A DNA stretch of 64,000 nt from contig QPMI01000662.1 of the NCBI GenBank assembly GCA_004431415.1, forward strand, positions 62,001 to 126,000, in the 5' to 3' direction. The stretch is from Cyanophora paradoxa CCMP329 (lineage: Eukaryota; Plantae; Glaucophyta). This document shows positions 12,799-24,800 of this stretch, piece by piece. The position numbers and the translations under genes were made by a program. Position 1 is the first letter of the stretch, and each line of letters starts with the position of its first letter. The notes under the pieces were generated by a model, which saw only the letters and a program-made list of their open reading frames with translations, was not told the DNA's origin and searched no databases.

Positions 12799-12999
12799 GC
12801 CCTCAGGCACAGGAAGTTCATGCCTCGACTCGGGCGAATGTCGTTCAATGTCGGACAGTCGGCGGGGCAAAGTGTATGCTGTTTTGTTCGAATTCGTTGA
12901 GTACGCAGCACCATGTGATTCCAGGTCATGCCCTCGAGCTCGCGATCGCTGACATGGCGAGCTAGGCCCTAGGTCGAGCTCGCTGACATGTACATGTAC

Positions 13000-15900
13000 A
13001 TGGCGAGCTGGCCATGGATATCCTCAAAGTCGTGTGTGAAGCAATTGCAACTGCAGCTATAGCTAGCCGAGCGTCGAGTGCGCATGCGCATGCGAGGAAT
13101 CAGGTGACCTCTGCGGGGTACGTATACGGGGCGGGTGCAGGGATACGACATCAGCTTTGGTGCTGCTGTGGTGCAGCTATAGCTAGCTGCTGTTTCAGAT
13201 GTCCGCAAACTATATCAATCCGGGCGAGCTTCGGGACGTTGTCGCTCTGCGGAACGTATTGGAGAGACGGCCAGAAGTTGTGTACGGCGAGCTGAGCGAT
13301 GTATCGAACGCACCGGCGGGTATCGTGCCGGTTGCGCCGACCGCACCGGCATCGCCCGTCGCGCCGCCGGTCATCGCCCCAGCGCCCATCGCATCAGCGG
13401 CGTCGGTTGTCATAGACGCGCCCCAGATCCCATTTCAACTCATCCTTAACGCAACGAAGTGAGCTGCGGTCGCGCTGGTCTTGCCGCGACGCGCGCTGAC
13501 CAACGATATCGATCAAAGTAACTTCTTCAAGAGAATCGGAGAGGGAAAGTTCGGTACGCGTGTATCTGCTGGCTAGCGTTATATTTGCTCACGTGTACTT
13601 TGTTTCAGGGGTCGTCTACCAGGGCAAGCTGTCATGGGAATCCAAAGAAGTCGATGTAGCTGTCAAAGGTCCGTCTGGGCGTGTGTGGTGCTCGCCTTGC
13701 GACCAACGGGCGCCCCGACAGTGCTCAAACCTCAAAGCGAAGACGAGGCACGAGCTCGAGCCGCTCAAAGCGAACAAGAGGCACGCAGAGCCAGGGAGCT
13801 CAGGATCAAGGCACTCAAGGCCGAGGCGCTCGAAGTAGAAACACTTCGCCAGTTGGGCGCTGACAACGTCAACGTCGTCGTTTGCATCGGCTTCTGCATC
13901 GTCCCCCACGATGTCCCCGTACGCGACATATCCAAGGACTCGCTCTGCATCGTGTACGAGTACGTAGGGCCCAGCATCGAGGATGTGCGCGCGCCCCCCG
14001 CGCCCCCACCCTCCTTCTTTCCTCGGCCATGGCCGACGCGAGCCCCTCAGCTCTGGCTCCGAGATGAGAAGCACCACCCGCTGCCGCCGCCCCCTCCCAG
14101 CTTGCCTGCGGCTTCACCGCCGACCTGGGAGCAGCGCGTCCACATTCTGACTGAAATTGCGTGCGCTCGACCTTCTCATATTGCGTTCTGAGCTCAGGAA
14201 CCTCCTGCAGGAGCGGATTGAGCTTTCTCCACTCGGTTCGCGCGGTGGGCGACTTGCGGCTTCATGCTTACGGCGTATCTGCAGCAAAAGATTATTCACC
14301 GGGACTTCCGGAGTGCGAACATCCTCCTGCGCAGCGACATCGGCCGCCCGGGCGCCGCAGTGATCGCGGATTTCGGCCTGTCTGCTCGGACCGATGGTGC
14401 GGTTTGCGGATGTGCGGGCATGCGTTATGTTCCGATCGGGTTCCGCCTCTAGCAGAATCGCAGGAGGTGTCAGCCCAGAGGAGCAAGAGGACCGCGCCAG
14501 TTGGGTACACCGACCCAGAGTACTGTGCGCCACTCCCCTCGTCCCGCTCCTCTCCCCCCCACCCCCACCCCACCCCCCCACCCCCACCCCCACACCCACC
14601 CCACCCACCCCGCCCAACCCGCACCCTCCACTTCCTCAGCCCCCCCCACCCCCCCCCCGCCCCGCCCCCACCCCCACCCCCCCACCCCCCACCCCACCCC
14701 CCCAACCCCCCACCCCCAACCCCCACCCCACCCCGCACCCTCCACTTTCTCAGCCCCCTTTCTCCCCCCCCTCCCCCGCCTCATCCTCTACCCTCGCCCC
14801 CTCCCGCACTCCCCACCCCCTCTCCCCACGCGCGCCCCATTCAAGGCTTCCTGCCCTCCTCCACCCACTTCCCCTCCCGACTCCAAAGCTTCGCCCGTTC
14901 ACGTTTTCCATCCTCAGTGATCTCGGGCAAATTCACACCAGAGAGCGACGTGTTCGGGTTCGGCATCCTGGTGCTGGAGATGGTCACGGGTCTGAGGGGG
15001 TACGTGAAGGAGCGCACGCCGCGCTCCCTCGTCCAGATGCTGCGGGTCCGCACCCCCCGCGGCCGACGCCCATCCGCCCTGACAAGGGGCCCCTCGCCTG
15101 TCGGCCAGGACAACTGGGAGCACGAGGACTGCTGGCGCATCATGGCCGACAGGCTCGCTGGCGAGCCCCCACGGCTGATTGTGGAGTTCCTCTTGGGGGT
15201 ACACCTTCCCCCGCTCTCCCCCCGTCCTCTCCAACCGACCGGCTGCGCGGCCGCAGCTGGCAAAGGCGTGCGTGCAGCTGCACGGGAAGGACCGCCCGAG
15301 CTCTCAAAAAGTCCACGAGAATATGGCGAGCCTTTCGAGGCAGGACGTCATCTCTAGGACGCAGGTGCGCCCTTCCCTCACGCCCCCGCTAACCCCCTTC
15401 CCCCCTAAACCCCCTTCAACGCCCCCCCCCCCCCCCCCCCCCTGCCCTCCCCATCCCACCCCACCCGCACCCTCCTCCCGCCCTCCCCTCCCCACCCTTT
15501 CCCGCCCCACACCCGCCCACCCACACCCATCCCACCCCCCACCCCCACCCTGCGCCCCCCGGCCCCCGGCCCCGACCGACCGGCTCGAGCAGGAGGTTTT
15601 CAACAAAAACCGCAAAGAGTACCGGTGCGGCCGGCGCGCGCCTCCGGCGGCGCCGTAGCGCCGACTGAAGCGAGCGCACGCGCCCCCCTCAGGAAGAAGA
15701 ACGACATATACGCGTTCCAGTCCGAGGCCGCCCCGACGTTTGGCCCTTACGCCGTGCGCAACCTTCCCGTCCTCCCACTTTCTCTGAGCTTCCGCGCAGG
15801 GCCGGCAAGGCGGTGCGGCGAGATGTGGCTTGAGCCGCCGGCCCCGCGGAGCTGACCGCTCCCGCCCAAACCCGCAGACTGGGTCGTGACGTCGTGCTAC

Positions 15901-16841
15901 CGCGAGGAGGGGAAGAGGGCCGACGTGTACGCAGTTCGTGCGCTCCGCCCCGCCCCGCCGCCGCCGCCTCGTGGTGATCGGCCCCACGCAGCCGACGAGG
16001 TGCCCCTCGAGCACGCCCTCTCCTGGCCGCCCTGCCGCCCCGGCTTTCCCTGACTCTCGTCTCTTCTTTCCGCGTCGCGCAACCAGAAATTCAAGAAAGT
16101 GCTTGCGGTGCCTGCTCGTGCCGGTAGTGCTCAGAGCTCACTCGCCCGGCGTAGACGTACAAGCCCGTGCCCGGCCAGAAGAACATCTGGCGCAAGGAGA
16201 CCACGGTACGCGCTCAGCTGTTCGTCGGGACGTCGGGGCCGGAGCGGCGCTGAGCGGGGGACGGCAGGTGTTGGCGGCACAGATGAACGAGCCCTTTGCT
16301 GTGGTGCACGCCCCTTCGCCTGGCGCGACGTCTCCGCTCTTAGCTAAGCGTCGAGGGGTCTCCAGATTTCTCGCGAAGGCTACAGCGAGGGGCGGTAAGC
16401 CCCGCGCCGCTCGCGCCCTGCGCGGTCGCGCCGGACCCTTAACAACAGCCCGCTGCAGCCCCGGGGACTGGCTGGCCGGCACAGACGTCACCCAGCAGGC
16501 TCGCCGCGGCCCGGTCGCCCCCCTCTCGCCTCCTGACCACCCCGCAGTACGTGATCGAGGCAGGCAAGTTCGAGGAGCTCTACGAGCCGGCAGACGCGCC
16601 GCGCCGCGCGAGCTCCGCCCAGGCGGAAGAGCCGCCCGGACAAGCCGGGCGGCCGGAGCCGGGGTCGGTCAAGCAGCCGGCGCCAGGCGCGTCGGAGCCA
16701 GCGGGGCAGCCAGAGCCAGCGGGACAGCCGCAGCCGGGGGCGGCCTTCGGGGCGGGCCCGGCCGTCGTCGTCGGCCTGGCGGCCGCCGCCCTCGGCTACC
16801 TCGCCGGCCTCGCGGGGACGGGAGGCGGGCGCGGCGCGTGA
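13000..16841 (+). CDS. RLK/Pelle (IRAK)-like kinase with C-terminal tandem PGDYG-like repeats and hydrophobic tail; start uncertain (13000-13199)
   Basis: IPFQLILNATN/NFFKRIGEGKFG/VVYQGKL, VAVK, IVYEY, TWEQRVHILTEIA, IIHRDFRSANILL, IADFGLS, GYTDPEY, SDVFGFGILVLEMVTG. Then PGDWLAG..YVIEAGKFEELYEP and AVVVGLAAAALGYLAGL before the stop at 16841. Confidence 0.85.
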
Positions 16842-18440
16842 GCTGCCCGCGGCCCCCGCTGCGCGAGGCACCGCCCCGGCAGACCCTGCAGACGCCAGAT
16901 GGAGAGAGAGCCGCCTTCGAATGCTGGCGGGCCCTTCGGTCTGGCCAAGGGCCCCAGCTGCAGTCGGAGCCTCCGTTTCATCAAAGTCTTATAGTTCCCC
17001 TGTTGACAAGCTTAAGTGCAATGCTTGTCTGCCAGTTATTTTTGCTGCCCGCTTCTGAAATTCTCCCTTACGCTTGTGCGTCTAGTTCTGTTCAATTCGA
17101 TGTTGCTAGCACTGGCTCATGGTGTTCACTTGCCGAGCTCTAGCTCATGATCAGTTTTCGAATTCGAACATATATAGCTAAGCAGTTTCGGATTCCACAC
17201 TGCAGCTGCTAGGCTATCATCGACATGTGCTAGACTGCTAGACGTAGGAGAATTAACCGTACGCGTTGAACTTCGATTCAGAAGATCGATTCGGTCACTA
17301 AGTCAGCAGATCTGCATACAAGCGAGTCCCTGCGGAGCAGGAGTGGCCTTGGGTCTTGGGGTCTCAAGGCGTGAGGGTGGCCGCTCTTTGTTTTAAAACG
17401 GGGCCCGCAACCGCGCGCGGTTCAACGGTTACGGGGGAGGGGGGAGGAGAAATATGGGGGTCCACTCGGCAAGGGTACACACTTAAGTGAGAGGGTACAG
17501 AATTGTGCTGCAAGGGTACAGATATCGATGCGGGGCCGAATCGGCCGTCGTCACGTCGACGTTGATCGATCGTCGATCGCGATTCACACGAACAGAGTTT
17601 TTTGGTAATCCAATCATTGATGTTGTGATCGGCCAAACGTTCGCCAAACGATTGCCAACAATTCTTTCAATTGCGAGCGCCTAATTGATCTGCCAATTAC
17701 TTCTAACCAATTACTAACAATGACAGGCGTGTCGGCTCTGTTTATGAGTCTGTGAGAATTTGCATTGGCGAAGGGGAGCCAATGACATTTGCGCTTGTCC
17801 GTGAGTGGGGCGATTGAGCTTTTTGGCCAATGGCGATCGGGCTTAACGCGAACAATTTCGTTCGTACGTGCTGTTAGTGCTCGTTAGAGTTGTCACATTT
17901 GAAAAGTAGCGCCGCCATCGTGCTCCCTAGGGTCGAAAATGGGTACTACGGTACCTAGGTCTAAAATTTTTGTCTATAATCTCAGTTTGAAGTTCGGGAC
18001 AAGATAGGCACAGACCTAAGGGCCTCTCCTTTCCCCAAGGCCGATATATGCAGTGATGAGCTATATGTATATAGCCTAGTAGCTACGAGTTTCACTGATC
18101 ATGTATTGCCTCACGGCTTTACGCCGTCAGGAGCCGGCGCCCCGAGTCTCGCTACCGTAGTACTCGCAGTGCTTGGCCTTAGTCTCTGCAGCGCTCGCAT
18201 TGAGTGCGCCGATTGGACCCCCACTACTTTTCATGTACCCCTCCCGGGCTCACACCCCGGGTGACACACTTGTACCCGGTACTTGTGCTTGCTCTTGGAA
18301 TACCAGCTCTGCTCGCTCTCGCTGCCAGCCTGCTAGAACTGCACAGCACGCATGGCTAAGCCTAGCAGCACCGTAAACTAGGCTCTTCTGACATGAGTCA
18401 CATGTACACTGTGCACGTGACAGCGCTAGATCCTTCAATC

Positions 18441-18515
18441 CACCTCCTCCCTCGTGTAGGCGCCCTCAGGGCCTTGCCGCCCGTGCCCCCTGAGCCCCTC
18501 CTTCTCCACTGCGCG
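18441..18515 (-). pseudogene. Orphan decayed fragment of the kinase-SH2 linker exon at 19494-19559
   Basis: cacctcctccctcgtgta, cttgccgcccgtgcccc and agcccctcc(t/c)tctccactgcgcg are shared in the same order, with small indels. Confidence 0.75.
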
Positions 18516-18899
18516 TTGCCGAGCTCATCCGATGATCAACAGAAAAAATACGATTGCAAGTAGACTGCGCATGCGCTTTAAGACAATACATACAATTAGA
18601 TCTGAATTCGAATTCAAAGTGAAGGCTCGTGGAATGCAAGGATGGGAGGTGGGGGACATGAGTGCCGGGCTAGGGCGGGCTGAGGGGGGGGGGGGGGGGA
18701 GCCTGAGTAGTAGAGCGGGGAAAAGGGGGGGAGGTGGTGGAGAGCGGGGAAATCGGAGGGGTGGGGGTGGGGGTGGGGCGGGGAGGGGGGGCGTGGGGGG
18801 AAGAGGGATGGGGAAGGGGGGTGGGTGGGGGGGTGGGGGGGGAGGCGCGGACGGTGGGGTTCATGGTGGCCGGCCGAGGGCAGAAGGAATGGCTCCTGA

Positions 18900-21800
18900 T
18901 CAGTCGATCCCGGCAGGCCCGGGCACGTTGACGTAGACTTCGGGGCTCTTCTGCGCGTAGTACGGGGAGGCGAGCGCCGCCTGCGCCCCGCTCAGCTCCT
19001 GGATGTAGCTCTGCGGGCAGCGGGCGATCGCGCGAGCGTCAGTCGGGGTCGGCGCCGGCGATCCGCGCATGGACCCGAGCCTGCGCCGGCGAGGGCGCAC
19101 GCGGACGTGGGCGCTCGACGCCGGTTTCATGCGCGCGTGCTTCAACTCGCCCTGCGCCTCCCGCGGTCAACGGCGAGGGGAGAGCGCGGCTCCGAGGCCC
19201 GGGGCGCACGGCGCGGTTCTTGAAGGTGACGCAGACGTAGCCGGCGGACTCGTCGGGCCACGGGCGCCCCGAGAGGCGCAGCACGAAGGTCCCCGGCGGG
19301 CTGACACCGAGCAGACCCTCGGCCTCCTGCCAGGAGAGGAACGCGTCGCCCAGCTGGTTCCGCGCCCCCGGCCGGAAGACGTCCATCATCTGCGCGGCGA
19401 GCCGGCCCTCAGCGGCGTCGGCCGACGCTCCAGGCTCGATCCCACCTCCTTGTACGTGCGGGAGGCGGGCAGGACCCAGCAGCAGAAGAGCATCACCTCC
19501 TCCCTCGTGTACGCGCTCTTGCCGCCCGTGCCCCTCAGCCCCTCCCTCTCCACTGCGCGAAGGCGGCCCTCAGCCGGCCGCGCCGTCCGCAGCGCGAAGG
19601 AGCGCGGCGCACGGAGGTCGAAGATCTTGGCGAACTGCTCGTCCGTGATGCGCGGGAGCTGGAACTCGCGCTCCGCGGCGGCGAGCAGCGCGGCGCGCGG
19701 CCAGCGCGGCGGCGCGCCGCCGGCCCCGCCCCGCCCCGCCTCCGCCTCCACCGGCGTGTCCATCACGCGCTCCCACAGCTGCACCACCTCCGGCAGCAGG
19801 CGGATCTGCCCCGCGCCCCGGCGGCGTCAGGCGGGGCCTGCGCGGCGGGGAGGGCGCGGCGGCGCACCGCTCGCTTCTCCTTCCACTCCTCTTCCGTCTC
19901 AGTCCCTTCGGCGCTGCGGTGCAAGGGCTCAGGCCGAGCCGTCGCGGGGCAGGCGCGGCGGGAGCAGGCGGGCCTCGCTGCGGTGGGGAGGCGGGCGAGC
20001 AGGCGGGCTACGAAGGTGTGCAGGAGCTCGCCGCTCATCCGGCCCCGCGCGTAGCGCTTTGCCACCTGCGCGAAATGCCCCCGCGATGGGGATCGTCGCC
20101 GGGGGCGGGGGCGGGGGCCGAACCTCGAGGAGGCGCTGCGCCCGCCCGTGGGCCGCCGTCTCCCCGGGCCCTGCCCGCTCCCGCAGGTACCCCTCCACGT
20201 CCTCGTCGATCAGCCGCACTGCGCCGCGCGCCCCGTGGGCCGGCGCGGCGGGCCCACGGCGATGGCGCGGCGCGCACGGGCCGAGGAGCGCGCCGCCGCC
20301 TCGATCTGCACGAGCTCGTCCCGCGCCCCGGCCGCCGTCGGGCGCCGCGCCGGGTCCACCTGCCAGCACCGCAGGAGCAGCTGCCGGCCCTCGCCCTCAG
20401 ATCCGGATTTGGCGGGGCCTGAGGCGAGGGCGGGGCGGGGCGGGGACCTCCTTGAGAGGCTGGGGGCATTCGACGGGGAGCGGGTGGGGCGGCTCCCCCC
20501 GCTCGACGATGCCTCGCACCCGCTGGTAGAACTGCCGCCGCGGGGCCCTCAGCGGCGGGCCGCCGCAACGGGGGGCGGCGGGGGCGTGCCACGCGGGAGT
20601 CGCCGTTGAAGGGGAGCTGGCGGGTGAGGACCTCCCAGCAGACGGTGGCGAAGCTGTACACGTCCGACGCCGCCGTGCACGGCACCGCGCCCGCCTCGTC
20701 CCTCTCGTCGAACGCCAGCACCTCCGGCGCTGCCCGGCCGCGGGGCGCGAGGTTGGCGCGCGCGGGGGCGGTGGCGGGCGGCGGGGCGGCGCTGGCACCG
20801 GCCCAGAAGCCGGTGCCGCCGGAGCCGCCCTCGGCGGCGAGGCGAGCGAGGCCGAAGTCCCCGAGCTTGCAGGCGAAGCGGTCGCGGCCCTCCCACCGCA
20901 CCAGCACGTTCAGGCTCTGGCCCCGCCCCGCGCTCGGGGTTGGGGCGGGGGCCGGGGGCCGGGGCCGGGAGGGCGCCACCTTGACGTCGCCGTGGACGAC
21001 GGGTTCCCTCGCCCCGTGCAGCGCGCACAGCCCCTCGCACACCTGCCCGCCCGCGCCGCCCCGCGCCGGCGTCAGCGGCCGCCCGCGCCGCCCCGCCGCC
21101 CCCGCTCAAACGACGGCGCGCCTCGCGCATGACGCGGAGGCGGTCCTGGAAGCCGAGGGGCACGTCCTCGACCCGCGCCAGGACGCCCTTCCGCAGGTCC
21201 CCGTCCATCCGCTCCTGCCCCCACCCGGGGCCGTGAGCTGCAGCTGCAGCCCGAGGCGTCTCGAGGGCGGGGCCTGGCGCGGCGACGCACCATGACGATC
21301 TGCACGGGGGGCTCCATGCACGCGTACTTGATCTGCACGATCCGCTCGTGCCGCTGCCGGAACTGGATCGCGAACTGCGCGCAATTGCAAAACTGTAATT
21401 TATAAGCTTCTCGAGTGGCCCCCCAGGAGCGCCGGCGGGGGCAGGCGGGGCGGGCACCTCGGAGACGAACTTGTAGTAGTCGGGCTTGAACTCCTTCACG
21501 GCCACCCGCTCGTGCATGTACCTGCCGCCCGCCCCTCAGCCCGGCGACCCCCCAGGCCTGCAGGGGGCGGGGATTGGGGCGCACACTCCCTCGTACACGT
21601 CCCCGAAATTCCTGCGCGGGGCGGGGCTGAGCGCCAGCTAGCGTGGCGCCAGGCAAACGAGCTCGAGGGCGCAGGCGGGTGCGGACCCTCGGCCGAGGAC
21701 GCGGCTCCTGTTGACGTGCAGGTGCTGCCGGTCTGCGCGGCCCGCGCGCGCACGCGAGCGGCGCAGTCAGCTGGGGCAGGCGATTGGTCTCGCAGTAAAC

Positions 21801-24800
21801 GACGCTCGCCGATCGAGGCCGCGGCGACGAGCACGTCGGTCGTATCGATGAGGGGGCTGCGGGAGGCGCCGCCCGTGCACGTGGGCGAGGTGGGTATGAC
21901 GACCCCGAGCAAGGCGGCCGCGGGGGCAGCGCCAGGCGGCGCGGGGGCAGCGCCCGGCGCGGCGGGGGCGGCGCCGGACGACGCCGAGGCGGGGGTGGCT
22001 GCGGGGGCGGCGCCGGCCGAGGCGGGGGCATCGGCTTCGCCGGAGGCGGCGTCGAGCTCGAGGGGCACGTATACGAAGCCGGGGGAGGTGACCCAGCGCG
22101 CCGGCTCGGCGAGGAGGTGGGCGAGGGGGAGGACCTGGCAGGCGCCCGTCGCCGCGTCGAGCTCGAGGACGGCGCGCACGGCGAAGGCGACGCCGCGCGC
22201 GAGGGCGTCGCCCGTGAGCTCGTGGGGGAGCAGCTCGCGGTCGCTGCCCCGCCCCGCGCGCGGGTCGAAGCGGAAGGTCACCGTCGGCTTCGGCTCCGCG
22301 GCCGCGTGCACGGGCACCTCGGGCGCCGAGTAGTACAGCGACCGCGACGACCCCGAGAGCCCCGACTCCTCGTGATCGGACGCGGCGGCGAGGGACTCCG
22401 TCGCCGCGAAGGCGGGGTCCACTATGGAGCCGGCAGCGTCCATGATCAGAATATCCGCTGGCGACGGCGGTGCCGGCGACGCGCTGGAAGGCAGATAGTC
22501 CCGCTCGAATCCGGCTTCCTCGAGCTTCATTTGTCTTGTCGCCTGCGCTTGTGCCCCAGCACCCTTGACGGCCTCGACGTACGTCGACGCCTGCGAGATT
22601 GTCATATGTTTCGAAGGAAAAAAAGCTGATCACAAGATTTCGAGAGGCACGCACCTCGATTTGAGGGAGGGACCGGAATCGAAGAAGGCCGTGCAAGCCT
22701 GAATTAACAAATATCTGGCGTGCACGTGTACGTAGAGTTTGAGCCATGCCGAGATAATGCGGCCCCGATGAGGCGCACCATTACTTCTTCGTGCGAATAA
22801 AACGGCGGCACGCGCGCGTGCACGACTTGCTCGTCCTGCCACGCGTAAGTGCAATGTCGACGCGCGCGCTCATGATCACCTAAGCTCTTAGCTTCGAAGC
22901 TGAGGAGCTCCAAACGATGGCGGGGCCCGGGCCGGGGGCTCACCATCGGACATTTGTACGTGACGATGGGATCGCCGGCGTACTCGTTGGGCCAGGGGCG
23001 CGAGGAGAGGCGCAGAACGAACGTGCCGGGGGTCTGATCGGCAATCCTCCGCTCCGCCATCTGCACCGGCACCGTGATTGGTGTCACATCAATCCGCTGC
23101 CGCGTACGACTGGTTTATAATTACCTCCAAGCTGAGGAATGCGTCGCCGATATACAAACTGTGCTTTGGTCCCCTCAGGAAGAGATCTTCAAGCTGCGGC
23201 CACGGGCGTCGTGGCGGGCAGGAAATCAGAGAGGGGAGGGCAGGGGAGGAGCGCGCTGAGGGAGGGGGGTGAAGGCGGGGGCGGAAGAACCTGGCGGTAC
23301 TTGCGGGCCGTCGGAAGGAGCCAGAAGCAGAAGTCGCGGAGCTGGTCCGCCGTGTAGGCCTCCTGCTGCGGCAGCTCCGCTGCGTGTCCCCGGTCCGGTC
23401 AGCCCCGCGCGGAGGACGCGCGCGGGCGCCGATTGATGCGAGACGCGCCGACTGCGAGAAGATCGCGGAATTTGTCGTCGGCGAGGGAGGCGAAGCCGAA
23501 CTCCTCGCCGGCGACTCCGAGGAGGGCGGCGCGGCTCCAGCGGGGCCCCTCCGGGCCGGCGCCGCTCGGGGCGTCGAGGCAGCGCGCCCACAGGCGGACG
23601 ACTTGAGGAAGCATCTCCAGGACCCGCAGCTCTCGTTGCAACGCGTCGCGATCGTCTTCCTTTTCGTCCGTCATCCTGCGCGCTGTTCAGTCAATTATAA
23701 TGCAGGGAAAATCTGTATACAAGGGCCTGACGCGCCGACGCTGCACGTCCGCGACAAAGGCGGTCAAAAGCTTCTCGGCCTGCGGGCTCCGCACGAACTC
23801 TTCAGCCACCTGCAGAGGACCAGACCCGTTGGCAACCGCTGCAGTAAGAAAACATCTGCAATGCAACGCGGACCGCACGAAGGCGGGCCGCCCGGACCCG
23901 GACGCCTTCTGCGCTGTTGCCGAACGCGAGGCGATCTCGGAGGAACGATGCTGCGTGCGACTTAATGGAAGAAGCTGCAGCGGGGCGTCAGCGGATCACA
24001 GCTGGAATGCGTTCATCTGGAGTCGTGCACATTGCTGCCGGGCGTCGTCGTCGAGTTGGCGGAGAATGCGGTAGGCCTTCCCGGCCGTGGGGCGGCCCGA
24101 GGGATCGCGGCTCCAGCAGCGCGCCAGCAGCTGCTCGGGGCGTCGATGAGGGCGGAGAGACCGCGGAGCGCGCGGGCCTCTCGGAGGGCCTCGGGGCAAT
24201 CCGGCGGGATCGGGTGGGGGAGGGATCCCTCCTGGCCGGCCTCCCCGAGGACCCGCCCGACGATCTGCCCCCCCACGAGATCGGTACCGTTAACGGTGTT
24301 TGGGGAGACTAGATCTAGAGCGCTAGCGCAGCCGCTGGCAGCTGCAGCGGCACCTCTTCGCGGCGGAGGCCGGCGTGGGGGAGCTGGCGGGTTAGGACCT
24401 CCCAGCAGACGGTCGCGAAGCTGTACACGTCCGACGCCGCCGCGGGCGTCTGCCCCGCCATCACCTCCGGCGCTGCGCGGCTGCGAGATATGCGGGCCGG
24501 CGTTTTTGTTCTATGCAGGGAGAGGTGTAGCGGACCCATCCAGGGGAACGAGCCGCGGCAGGGTGAGATGTGGCGCTCGGGTTGCGCAGAGCTGGGATCA
24601 AGCTCATTATCAGCCTGCGGCTGGGCGATTGTTGCGAGACCGAAGCCTGAAATCTTGCAGGTGAGATGGCTTGGCTTTTGCTCTTCCTTCTTCACTAGCA
24701 CTTCCAGGCTCTGCGCAGAGCAGTCGACAAGTGGCACCGTCCTGTCAATGATGCGCAAATTTCACGTATACGTACCTTTAAGTTGCCGTGCACGACGGGC

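Noticed and set aside
17150-18660. Low-GC intergenic region as a possible ncRNA, tRNA or CRISPR locus
   Set aside because: No cloverleaf, rRNA/snRNA signature or regularly spaced repeat-spacer array is visible.
22590-22610. Apparent YDNL tyrosine motif after the middle SH2
   Set aside because: It falls in an intron in the best in-frame model. The exonic motif is ASTYVEA.
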